DNA of 63,211 nucleotides, the filler included, from Cercozoa sp. M6MM (lineage: Eukaryota; Protista; Endomyxa: Ascetosporea): assembly GCA_040357565.1 (NCBI GenBank). It is 10 parts of 10 records of this genome, joined end to end, with 100 filler letters (N's around TTAATTAATTAA, not from the genome) between each part and the next. Parts side by side here need not be neighbours in the genome. Positions count along the whole stretch, not along the records: positions 51,580 to 58,544 come from JBDODJ010000674.1; positions 58,645 to 60,469 come from JBDODJ010001906.1; positions 60,570 to 61,972 come from JBDODJ010002042.1; positions 62,073 to 63,211 come from JBDODJ010002154.1; 6 more parts are not named here. One strand, given 5' to 3'. The notes under the pieces were generated by a model, which was not told the origin of the DNA, searched no databases, and saw nothing but the letters and a program-made list of their open reading frames with translations. Within the stretch, counting starts at the first letter, position 1, and each line of letters opens with the position of its first letter. Shown piece by piece: positions 52,651-63,211 of this stretch. Position numbers and translations under genes: made by a program.

Positions 52651-54622
52651 CCCCAACATCCTGATTCCCGGAACTATTAGCCCGTTTCCGGGAACTAAGT
52701 GGTGATTCCCGGAACTATTAGCCCGTTTCGGGAACTAAGTGGTGATTCCCGGAATTACTGTCCAAATTGAATACGGAAGCACGATTAATGCAGCATGACT
52801 GCGTACTCAGTTGTGTTGGTAGCTTCCGGCTTAGTCGGGAGTGCACTGTATGCGGCGTAAAATCTTGGGCCAAAATACAGTACATGCACAAACCAAGCAG
52901 GAACACTGATGGAATCATTCGTTTGAGCCGAGGGTCGAAAACATAGCCGTTCCGCGCAGCATGCAGCAGGCGCGGCGGACAAGCATCCGCAGTGTGTGGC
53001 CACAGGGTTTCGTCGCATCAGCCCCTGATGCGGCATGTAGCGTGCTCCGATTTCTGTGATTTGTGTATGAACAGAAAAGGATGCAGGCGACGATTCCGAC
53101 ATTGGTGCGCCGGTCGAGAACACCGGAATGCAGCGTTCAAGTGACGAAATTGATAGGAGCGTCAGCAATAGCTTCAAAGATTTGCTCAACATTCTTCGTG
53201 CGGGTGCCACGACTGTTGAGGTAGCTGTCCACAGTATTTAACGTTGTCGTGTTCTTTTTGTTTTTGGGGAAGGTTTGAGATTTTTTCAGAGTGGAATGGT
53301 GTGGAAATGTACCGCTTCGGGGTTGTGGACTTGCGTTGGGATTGGCACGCACTCCGAGCGAAGTGTGCGACGTGCAAGCTGAAGCGCGGCGCAGCCGGCG
53401 TGGTTGAAGACCGACTGCCGACCAGTGCGAGTCGATTTGACGGATTTGTGCGTCCTTTCACTCCTATGGAGCTTTTGTTGACCTGCTGCAAGGCTCTTGA
53501 ACAGGACGAGACTTTGTCGAATGGCGCGATGTGCTACTGTGTGCGCTTTTCTGTGCTTTAATTTTTGTATTGTGCATCATCTCTGTGTCCCTTGTGTAGA
53601 CACTAGGCCACTTGCTGTGCACCTGGTGGAAACTCAGCGCAGCTGAACTGGTATAAACTCCCTACGGTTGGCTCAGGGTCGAGTTTATTGGGGTTTTTTA
53701 AGATGGGTACGTTATCCGGCGCTACGTCGCGCCAGAAACGTGCCCTCACCGATGACACCGCCGACCTGCTCGCAGCACCAGACGACCTCAAGCGCAGTGC
53801 GTGCACTTTCGCATCTCTTCTTGATTCTTCCGACCGGTACTCACGTTCCTTGCTTATACGATGCTGCATCACGTACGGGGAGCAGAGAACCAACTTGGCT
53901 TCTACGCTCTGGTCACATTCTTTAACGCGTGGAGTCTGTGCGCATGACGGATGACACCGTGGCAGCACGACTGCTTGCCTGTCACAGACACATTTTCTGC
54001 TGGCAGCCGCGAGCAGGTGCAGGGTTTCTCCTACTCAAGCCTTGCTTTCTTCGTACGTTGTGATTGCGTTCATAGGATCGATTTCTGTATCGTATCACAT
54101 ATACTGTATGCTTTTTTATAGAACAAAGCAGAATCACTCCTTTGTGAAGCTGGCCCTTCTCGCAAGCAGCGATACGTTGGCGCGAACTCACAGCGATGCA
54201 GTGGCGCGGACAACGTGGGTACTTAGTACTATTTTACTCACTCATTCTATCTACGCGGTTTTTTGTAGAGTCTTGTTTTGACTGGGAGTTCGATGACTTG
54301 GCGCGAATCTCGTTTTTGTCATGTGTCTGCTCGCTTCCCTCCGTCTCGTTTGGCCGTATCCTCGCGTCTTCTTCGCGCTTGCGTTGCTTGTGTCCAGGCT
54401 CGTCTCGCGTCGTCGCGTCCCCTCGTTCGGTTGGCGTCCCGTCCGGTCGTGCCGGTTCATTCTCGGAACTACGTTTATTAATTCTCGGAACTAATGGCAT
54501 TAATTCTCGGAATTAATTCTCGGAACCAATCATAATTCTGGGAACTAAGACGGAGTTAGTTCCGGGAACTAACCGTCCATATCGGGAACCAAAAATTAAT
54601 TCCGGGAATCAGGATGTTGGGG
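52651..54622. mobile_element. 1972-bp non-autonomous TIR DNA transposon with TAA TSD and subterminal repeats
   Basis: Perfect 23-bp TIR CCCCAACATCCTGATTCCCGGAA at 52651-52673 and 54600-54622. TAA lies on both sides. Arrays of TTCYSGGAA(CT) sit near both ends. Confidence 0.9.
53075..54450 (+). pseudogene. Intron-containing gene-like cargo inside the TIR element
   Basis: Several GT-AG-bounded exons join in frame (FEIFSEWNGVEMYRF...CYC|TLGHLLCTWWKLSAAEL|MGTLSG...). All three frames hit stops at about 53920-53955. No DDE transposase motif recognised. Confidence 0.5.
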
Positions 54623-54755
54623 TAAGACTTAATTAACTGTGGTACAGTAACGGTAGCTAAGGTACTGCGTATGTAGACTCAGTGCATTACACGCACGCAA
54701 ATTGGACAATTTTGGGTACTAGGACGGAAATGAACCGGTCGGTACCGTACGGAAA

Positions 54756-57215
54756 CTAAATAAAAGGAACTGCCACAGACGCCATAACCATCGCACGCAG
54801 ATGCGACGCGTACGGTCGATCGACACCGTCACGGTGCATGCATCTTGGCTCTGCTCTGCGGTGCGGAAGCGACGTTCGTGAAAGAAAGCCCCGAGTTGAC
54901 CTAGTATCGCGGTGTGGCAGCCCGCTGAGCTCTTTTAGATGGTTTTCGATGGAAGATCTTTTGCTAAAAATATTCGCACCATTCATTCCATCAGAGACAA
55001 TGCAGGGGTTGCCAACGCAGGATAGAGACATACCGTCGATGGCGGCTGCTCGAGGTTGCTGCAGGCGATGTGATGCGACAAGAATGCCCGGTCGCCGCAG
55101 AAGTCGGCGATGCACGAACGCACATCGAAACTCACTAGATCGCAATCGCGGAATACGAGGTCAGTCTCGATGAACTCACGCCTTCGTCTTCTGTCGATCG
55201 AGCACAACACCCAGCAAAAATGTACATAAACTATAAAAAGGAATGAATGTACCGAACTTCATTAAAAACAGGCCGCAACAGATCCCAGGCTTTGGTGGTC
55301 CTGAGGTTCCGAAGAGCCAGACCTGAGCAGTTGGCACCGCTCATTGTGAGTGCAAGCGCCAATTGCGTTCGACTTCGCTGACTGTGATTTTGCACGATCA
55401 ACAAACAACAAAAACAACAGGAGAAAGCAAGCACGCGGTGTACAGGTCGGGCGACATCGGCGCACTTTCTCTGCCGGCAAAAGCAACGAGATGATGACAC
55501 TCGGGGGAGTGTTGAGCCAGCACTGCCGACGCCTTGAGTTTAAACACAACCTCACATCGACGCAATAAAAACAGTACAATCCAATGGAGAGCAAGACTAC
55601 CTCTTGTAGCATAGACACGACATCCAGCAACAGATCGACTTCCGACGGCTCTTTGGCGTGTCGCATTGCGCTGTAGGTACAGTTGCGTTTGCTTCAGTTG
55701 CAATAAGAGAAAAAATTAAGTCACCGGAACAACAGGTTCTCAACTGCATCGGTTTGTGCCCAACTGGTGAATCGTTGCTGCCACCACGCGTATTGATCGA
55801 CAGGATAGCCAGCGGCAATGTCCACCACAGCACGGATTTCATCGCTCTGTGAGAAGAGTCGGAATTTTCCGGTTTGAACGACGGCTGAGGAAACACAGAG
55901 GTGACAGGACAAAGTTCCCAAGAAAGAAATTGGGTACAAGCCAGAATTTTGAAGACGCGTCGCAGGTTGTATTGCAGAATGACATTCTTCTTGTCGCACA
56001 AGTTGCGCACAATGACGGCAGGAATCGCCTGCTTGCAACAAATGACACATGCACTGACTGATCGCATGAACCAAAACGAGTATCTTTGACAAGAAACGCA
56101 CCGTGTTCAGAGGAACGAGCGGAGGAACGACAGACTTGTCGTTGTCGAGATGACACATGCGCTTTCGCAGAGCCACAATCGAATTCACGAGTCGCGTGGC
56201 ATTTTCCTCGTCTGTGCCGGTGTGAGGGAAGAGAAGTATCAACCGGATAAAGGACGGGAAAAAAGCAACTGTACCAAGGCGAGGTAGTCTCTTGAGCAAC
56301 AATTCAAGCGGTGCGTCGACACCGTCGTCGCTGCGTGCCATGCAGTCATCCACTAGTTTGCTATCAAGCACTTCTGTCACTTTGCTCACTGCAATATACA
56401 CACACCTTAAAGTAATTTACACAACCTGAAGCAGTGAAAGTCACTACCTGACAAGTGACGCATCGTGCGAGCCAGCACGACACCATCACGAGCACTCGCG
56501 AAACACGACGGAAAGGCTATGAAAGTCAACGAAATATCAGTTGGCTAATACCTCAAGAAGACAACAAAAAAGGTACATGGTGTGTTTTGTAAGAGTACTG
56601 CGGCATTCGCAAGTACATCAGAGGCTTCCGTGTCGCACGTGTACGTCAGGAACAACTGCATCACGGCAGCTAACCTTTCCGCAATCACAGGGTTCCTCAC
56701 GTCTGCCTCGGTCACACGACAGCGCACAAAGTCGGAAAACACTCGCGTTCTTTCACGAGCCAACAGGAGTTCCTGTGAGCACATTCGCATGCACTGAAGT
56801 TGCACCCAACATTCACTCTCGGAAAAAACAACTCACGCGCAGCAGCTTGAGGTCGACGGAAATGTCGCACTCGGCCACCTTGTGCAGGCAGATCGCCAAC
56901 AACAGACTCAAGCCGAGGTCGGCTTCCTCGTGCGATTGGTCGCACACGTGGTATCCGTACACTAAACGGTCGACGATATCGTCAGGGAGAGGACACCACT
57001 CGACCAGCAACTCTTGCGGCACCTTGCCAACTTTGCACAACACTCAACAGTCCAAGTATCACACTCAACACGGTTTCACGCACCAGAAAAGAAGGCATTG
57101 GCGCCATGCTGCACGACAATCTCCAGTGCTCTTTCGAGTTGCTTTTCGAGCCTGGAAAAAAGAAAGCAAATGGAGAAATTGAGCGCGGGAAAAGGCAAAA
57201 CACCTCAACGCTTCC
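54756..57215 (-). CDS. Hypothetical Leu-rich helical spliced protein (ends uncertain)
   Basis: A series of GT-AG-bounded coding-like exons, e.g. VPQELLVEWCPLPDDIVDRLVYGY and VTEVLDSKLVDDCMAR. Confidence 0.5.
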
Positions 57216-57431
57216 ATCAGTGGCCCTGCGTCGAATGCACACACGTGTGTCTGTGACGTGGGCATGCGGGACAACACGAAAACACCGTCAAATGCAGAGC
57301 TGCAGAAGAACTTCCTTTTTGGTGGCCACCCAACGATCGATCCGGTTAAGTAGCTGACCGATCATTTAGACCATCCATCAAACTACTGTAAATACGGCGT
57401 GAGGGCGTGAGAGCTAGCGTTAGCGCCCGAA

Positions 57432-58544
57432 TCACCAGACAAAGTCACTCGGCACGTGCATGGCCCACGGGAACTTGCGAATGAGCGCAGACTGGAAAAC
57501 GCGCTCGATGGGCATCTCGACTCGCTTGCACCAGGCCACCGTGATGCGCGGGTCCATGTAGTTGATCTTGGACGTGCCAAGCGCAATCTCGCGGTTGTCC
57601 ACCTTGAGTTGTCGGTCCTTCTTGAGTTTCACGATGCGCGCTTGCTGCTTCGTAATCTCCTTGCGAATCGAGGCCTCCGGACGAGCCTTGCGAGTCGCCT
57701 TCTCACCCTTCTTGGTGAGTCGTGTGGCACGCGGCTTGCTTTCGCCGGCTTCGGCCTCGAGTAGTTCGATTTCGAGCATTTCGAGCCACTGCTCGGCTTC
57801 AGCGACGCCTGCTCACACCCCAAGTCAACTCAAAGCGGTTTCATCTCAAAGCTGTTTCATCTCAAAGCTGCCTGATCTTCAAAAATTTCAACCCGAAGCT
57901 GTTCAACTTAGAAGCAAAGCAAGCTCAACCCAATTCAAGGCTCTCAACTCAAAGCTGTTACTCAACTCAAGGCTCTTTCAACTCAACTCAACTCAACTCA
58001 AAGCTCTTTCAACTCAACTCAAGGCTCTTTCAACTCAACTCAAAGCTCTCAACTCAAAGTTCTGTCAACTCAAGCTCTTTGAACTCAAAGCTCTTTGAAC
58101 TCTCCAAGCAAAAGCAAAGGCGAAGACAGCGTACGCTTGTTGAACTTGTCGACCTGCTCGTCAAAGTTCTTGGGCACGGTGCGCTGGTGGTTGCACAGGA
58201 TGGCGACCTCGCGGTTGCACCGGTCATAAAAGTGGCGTTTCTCGGCCACGACGGTGTCCTCGTTGACCTGGCCGGGATGACCGTCCTTGGTCCACGTGGG
58301 CTCCCTCAACTCGTCCTGCAGCGTGATCGACGCGTTGTAGGTACGGAACACCTTGGCCGACAGTCCGTCCATGTGTCCGTTCAGGTAGCGGTTCACCTTC
58401 TCCACCGAGATGCGGTCGAACACCTGTCCGGGGGAGGGGTAAAGGGGTAAAGGGGGTAAAGGGGGCAAGGAAGTAAGGTACATACCTTGTCAGATGGTGC
58501 CTTGCCTCGCGTGAACAGCAGCATGTTGAGGAACACCGGCTTGG
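57432..58544 (-). CDS. TOP1: DNA topoisomerase I C-terminal part, 5'-partial
   Basis: [50 protein letters not shown] (catalytic Tyr), KFPWA. Confidence 0.97.
57810..58133 (-). repeat. Degenerate minisatellite (TTGAGTTGAAAGAGC-like) filling a TOP1 intron
   Basis: Repeated CAACTCAA and AAAGCTCT units on the + strand. Confidence 0.8.
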
Positions 58545-58652
58545 NNNNNNNNNNNNNNNNNNNNNNNNNNNNNNNNNNNNNNNNNNNNTTAATTAATTAA
58601 NNNNNNNNNNNNNNNNNNNNNNNNNNNNNNNNNNNNNNNNNNNNCCCGCGCA

Positions 58653-59285
58653 GGTGAGCGAAGGCGGCATCAGTGTCATTGTGCCACGCTACGGCGCTGA
58701 GTGCGATGTCGATCTAGTCGATCGGTAGAGTCTATCCCCCATTACACCCCCCTCGCCATAACCCCTTCCCCTCACACAGCAAGCGACTGGCACGAGGTGT
58801 ATCGGACTGGAACTTTGACGAGGAGCGCTGTTGCATTACCAAGGGCAACGTCACACTACGTGTCTTTGACAAGGTTCGTCACGCGCCGCCGGGGGGGGGG
58901 GGTCGGGGGAGGTTATTTGTGTGTGTGTGTTTGCAAACACAGGTGTTTGTGGAGATCTTTGTCATCGAGAGCAAGACGCACCGACAGAAGCTGTGCATGC
59001 GAATGCTCTCGCCTGAGGTAATCTTTTTAAAAAACGATTGTGGGAAAATACCAAAAACACACAACGATTTGTATTCACGGTAGATCCCGCTGCCGCCGCT
59101 GCCACATGGCTGGCACGTTGTTGAGGACGCTGCTGCTGAGGTAATGATTGATTTGTTTAGGTTCAAACAGCCTTGCATTTTTTCCATTCCTGCTTGAACT
59201 GACTGAACAGCCGAGTGCCGAGAGCGCCGCTGCCACCGAAGAAAGCGTCGAGGACGCTCATGACGCACACCAGGCTGACGTTTAA
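58653..59285 (+). CDS. DIS3: DIS3/Rrp44 exosome nuclease C-terminal S1 domain, 5'-partial
   Basis: GISVIVPRYGAE, LRVFDK|VFVEIFVIESKTHRQKLCMRMLSPE|IP. Confidence 0.75.
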
Positions 59286-59666
59286 CCATGCTGATGCTTA
59301 ACGTCGGCAATTTCGGCTAGTTGAGCTGGTTCTCGTCTTTGTCCAGGCTCGTCAAAATAATAATACACACCAAAAATATTCGAATCCCGAACATATCACA
59401 CCACTTTGCTCGCTTTCCGGTCGATTTTTGTTGTCATACGCCAGTTTTTAGGAGACTGAACACACCCAACAGGCCCAAGGTGCGGTTTTATGCCACAGAA
59501 ATTTCACTGCATTCTTTTTTGTTTTTTGTGCGTTTTCGTGATTTTTCTGTCCTTGCAGCTCTAGACGAGCAAAAAGTGAAACTTCTGTCATTTCAGTTGT
59601 CAAAGCACTACGTGGAACTCACTGTAAGCACAAGAGAGCGTGGGTGCCTTTTTTCTGTGAGGAGAA

Positions 59667-60412
59667 ATGTCCTCGCCAGCCTCGGGTGCGTCACCCAAGA
59701 AAAAGAAGAACCGTCGCTACCGGTGCGGCGAGTACCACTTTGACACCGGCAAAGTCCTGGGCAGTACGTTGTGTGCTGTGAAGGTTTCAAGGGATACATA
59801 TATCTAGAATATAAGGATATACTGTAGCCGGCAGTTTCGCCAAGGTGTACGCGGGACACCATGAGACGCGGGTACTGTTCGAGAGATGTTTTTGCCAATG
59901 ACCTGCTTGCCTCCTTAAATGTGGCGTTTCTTGCAAATAATTGCAGGTGCACGAGAAAGTGGCCGTGAAGCGAATTCTGCTGCAGAAAATCGATGATCGA
60001 ATCGCCAAGGCGCTCGAGAGTGCGTTGGACGCTTTTGTCGCCTTTTACCCCTATCTGTTTACTTCTTTTACCCCCCCCCCCATACCAGGCGAAGTGCGCG
60101 CACAGCAGCAGATGGAGCACGCGAACATTGTGCGACTGCTGCACGTGCGGCGACACAAGGAGGCCGGCTGGTTTGCACCCTCCCATCCCTACCCCCTTAG
60201 CCCCTTACCCCTGACCCATTAGCCCCATAATCCCTTTACCCCCACCCCGTGTATCAGGCCGAGACTGCTGGTGCTGGAGATGTGCGAAGGCGGTATTTTT
60301 GTTGTTGTACTTTGGGCGTCCGCGCGGATGTGATTTGTTTTGACAAAGGTGACCTACAGCGCTACATTAAGCGAAATGGGCCGCTGCACGAGGTGCACGC
60401 GCGACGTCTCTT
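59667..60412 (+). CDS. Ser/Thr kinase N-lobe, ULK/Atg1-like, 3'-partial
   Basis: LGTGSFAKVY, VAVKRI, LESEV, HANIVRL, LVLEMCEGGDLQRYIKRNGPL.E. Confidence 0.85.
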
Positions 60413-60569
60413 GGTATTTTTACCCCTGTAACCCTACCACCTTGACCTCTCCTTTACCCTACCCCCTACNNNNNNNNNNNNNNNNNNNNNNNNNNNNNNN
60501 NNNNNNNNNNNNNTTAATTAATTAANNNNNNNNNNNNNNNNNNNNNNNNNNNNNNNNNNNNNNNNNNNN

Positions 60570-61314
60570 TTCACCGGCGATCAGTTGGAACGCATGGTGC
60601 CTTTACCCCCCCCCCCTATTTACCCCTTTTTATCCCTCTTCCCCTCCCCCTTTTTACCCCACCCCGTACCCCCAATGGCAGGTGTGTGGACGACGCGAAA
60701 TCGACATTGGCCTGCTGAGACGCAACACGCAGTATCGGTACGTTGTGGACATGGACAGGCTAGTTCGTATCGATGTGTGACTTGTGACAGACACGGCATC
60801 CACGCGGACGATGAGCACATCAAGGTTTTACCCTCCCCTTATTAAGGTGAGACCTTTACCCCCCTTTTTGAGCAGCGTTTCTGGCGCGTGCTGACATCGT
60901 TCTCGCACGAGCAGCGGCAGAAGTTCTTGCGATTCGTGGTGCCTCCCCTTCACCCCCGTCCCCCCCCCCCCCCGAAACTCCCTCCTCCTTGCAGTGGGGC
61001 CAGTCGCGTCTGCCGCACGACGACGCGGCCTTCGAGCGGCCATTCGAAGTGCTGCGCTACTTTCCGCCCGGCGTGCCGGCCACGGCGCCCGACCGCGACA
61101 CCGACGCCGATGCCTTTGCTGCCTTCCAGCGTGCGCACGATGCCGCCCTGCCTGTCTCACGTAGCACGCACTCATATATGCATATATGTCTATATATATA
61201 TATATAATATATCTGTATATATATCATATACAGTCAGTATATATATCTCATATACAGTCAGTATATATATATATATATATCATACACAGTCGGTATATAT
61301 CTCATATACAGTCA

Positions 61315-61350
<36 letters not shown>

Positions 61351-61611
61351 TATACAGTCGGTATATATATCATATACAGTCGGTATATCTATCATATACA
61401 GTCGGTATATATATCATATATATCATATACAGTCGGTATATATATATCATATGCAATGTTGTGCCTGTGTGCAGACACGTGCTTCTTCTCGATGGAGCTG
61501 CCGAACTACTCGTCGGACGAGACGATGCGTGAGAAGCTGCTGTACGCCGTGCACAACTGTCAAGCCATCGACACGGACTTTGCCGCCGACAACGTCGACT
61601 GGGAGCACTGA
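60570..61611 (+). CDS. HECT E3 ubiquitin ligase C-terminus (HERC-like), 5'-partial
   Basis: LERMVCG, FWRVLTSFSHEQRQKFLRFVWGQSRLP, LPVSHTCFFSMELPNYSS, AIDTD. Confidence 0.95.
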
Positions 61612-61644
61612 TCCCACTTGGATTTTTACTGCACCCGAACTGAC

Positions 61645-61719
61645 TAGTCCGGTAGGGTGCGTGGGTTCGAACCCCACCCTGGGCACTTTTCGATGCTGTC
61701 TGGATAGCCGAGTGGTCTA
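61645..61719 (+). tRNA. tRNA-Leu-like fragments: a 3' half followed by a 5' fragment (candidate permuted gene or pseudogene)
   Basis: T-arm GTGGG-TTCGAAC-CCCAC (61661-61677) plus CCTGGGCA. Twelve nt later comes GTCTGGATAGCCGAGTGGTCTA (61698-61719), an acceptor 5' strand plus A-box. No clear anticodon arm. Confidence 0.45.
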
Positions 61720-61805
61720 TTGACGCAACCTTTAATTCCGCATTCTGAACGTCTTTAAACCCAGACGAAAGTAAACAGATTTTAAGCGAGGGTTGATTGC
61801 GACGA

Positions 61806-61894
61806 TCACTCCCACTCGGTGGTGCCGGGCGGCTTGGCGGTGAGGTCGTAGCACACGTGCGCCCACTCGCGCAGAGCGTGCAGCCGGTCCACCA
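61806..61894 (-). CDS. GMPS: GMP synthase last exon
   Basis: HVCYDLTAKPPGTTEWE*. Confidence 0.9.
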
Positions 61895-61914
61895 CTACAC
61901 AAACACGTGCATTT

Positions 61915-61972
<58 letters not shown>

Positions 61973-62574
61973 NNNNNNNNNNNNNNNNNNNNNNNNNNNN
62001 NNNNNNNNNNNNNNNNTTAATTAATTAANNNNNNNNNNNNNNNNNNNNNNNNNNNNNNNNNNNNNNNNNNNNACCACTTGTTGGACAGAGCAATCATCCA
62101 CGGCGACATGCCGGCGTCGGCGAGACTCCTCTCGCGTGTCGACTCCTCCTCCATCCTGCACCACATCCTGACGTATATATGGGGGGGGGGGGGATAAATT
62201 ATCAGCGGTTATTTGGATCAGCAACCGTCTCTACTGGAGCCCACAGCTATGCCACACGTTTGGTGAACAGCGATGCAGTGGATGCCACGCCGCGATTCGT
62301 GATCTAGCGCTCGCTTTTTTTGACGCCAAGCACGATTTTTATTTGTTCGCTCGCACGCGAACTGCGTCCTCTCGCGTCGCTGTGACGACGATCTAGCACT
62401 ATGGAGACGCCTGGATTGCAGCAAAAGCAGGATCGCACTCTAACGAGTAAAAATCAGAATCAACGAACCGATCACTGTTTTGATCGCTAGACCGTCGAAG
62501 TGGCTCCAGCTCGCCATGGCATTGTCACTCGCAATCTACCGCGTGATTGTAACAGGCAGTGTGCTGGTACATCA

Positions 62575-63152
62575 ATGCAGTTTGACGTACAGTCAGTGCG
62601 TCCACTGAAGGGGTAAGTTGTTTTGTTTTCGGTGCCAATCTTGGTGTGTGAGGCATCTTGGAGCGATCCAGGACGGCCGATCGCATGGCAGTGTGCTAAA
62701 ATAAGGTCCTGGGTCTTAAGGGGTCTGTGAACACTGTTGTTTGCAGTTCGGCGAGCTTTGTGTGCGTCGAGAACGGTTTCGATGGCCCGGTACGGTGTCA
62801 GTAGTGACTGGGTGGACACGTGGCATGCACGTGCGCAGGTGGAACTGCGCGCGCGACGGCGGCAGTGTCTGCAGCTGCTGTGTCCGCGAAGTGGCCGCGT
62901 GCGACGCCGTTTCTCGTTTCTGTCGGCGGTGCGGCACGCGTGCTTTTTCGACTCGGTGCGGTGGTAGGGCAGCTGCTTTATACCCCCTCTTTTACCCCCT
63001 TTTACCCCCTTTTACCCTTTCTTATCCTTAATACCTTTACCCCCTGTACACCTTTCCTGTACACCTTTACCCCTGTACACCTTTACCCCCCCCCCCCTGT
63101 CTGAAGGCACAAGGCAGACGGGCAGATGAAACAAGTGGCCACGCGGACTCTG
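62575..63152 (+). CDS. Possible 5' part of a spliced gene
   Basis: GC-rich exon-like blocks separated by GT-AG introns, including a TTACCCC-rich intron. Product not recognised. Confidence 0.35.
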
Positions 63153-63211
63153 GTGTGTTTCTGCTTTTACCTTCCTGTCTACCCACCTGTTTACCCCCCT
63201 GTTTACCCCCC

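Noticed and set aside
52660-52760. STAT/GAS-like TTCCCGGAA sites as regulatory elements
   Set aside because: Better explained as transposon subterminal repeats, since they mirror the array at the other TIR.

Overview
Draft genome DNA from an extremely intron-dense microbial eukaryote using the standard code. Introns are GT-AG and mostly 50-80 nt; the partial LeuRS gene alone has about 36. The window is ten contigs joined by artificial N-TTAATTAATTAA-N linkers, so adjacency across linkers is not biological and most ORF-track entries are spurious. I reconstructed genes by splicing exons by hand. Recognisable genes: LeuRS, a PAP2 phosphatase, formin, an FNR-type oxidoreductase, Vms1/ANKZF1-like, a tandem-MIT protein, an AMSH-like DUB, ATP-citrate lyase, DAP decarboxylase, TOP1, DIS3, an ULK/Atg1-like kinase, a HECT E3 and GMP synthase. 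The most unusual items are: (1) a roughly 1000-aa myristoylated, ankyrin-like 'extra-large' G-alpha with His at the catalytic Arg position; (2) a PhyH-family 2OG-Fe(II) dioxygenase with a PHD finger inserted in its catalytic fold, plus NLSs; (3) three ubiquitin-like domains fused to an Rpb12-like zinc ribbon; (4) an intron-filled bacterial-type ParA ATPase; (5) a non-LTR retroposon family with TSDs, one copy interrupted by a 1972-bp TIR element carrying spliced-gene cargo; (6) tRNA-Leu-like halves in reversed order; and (7) introns filled with strand-biased TTACCCC-type repeats. All domain calls are by-eye motif recognition, not database searches.
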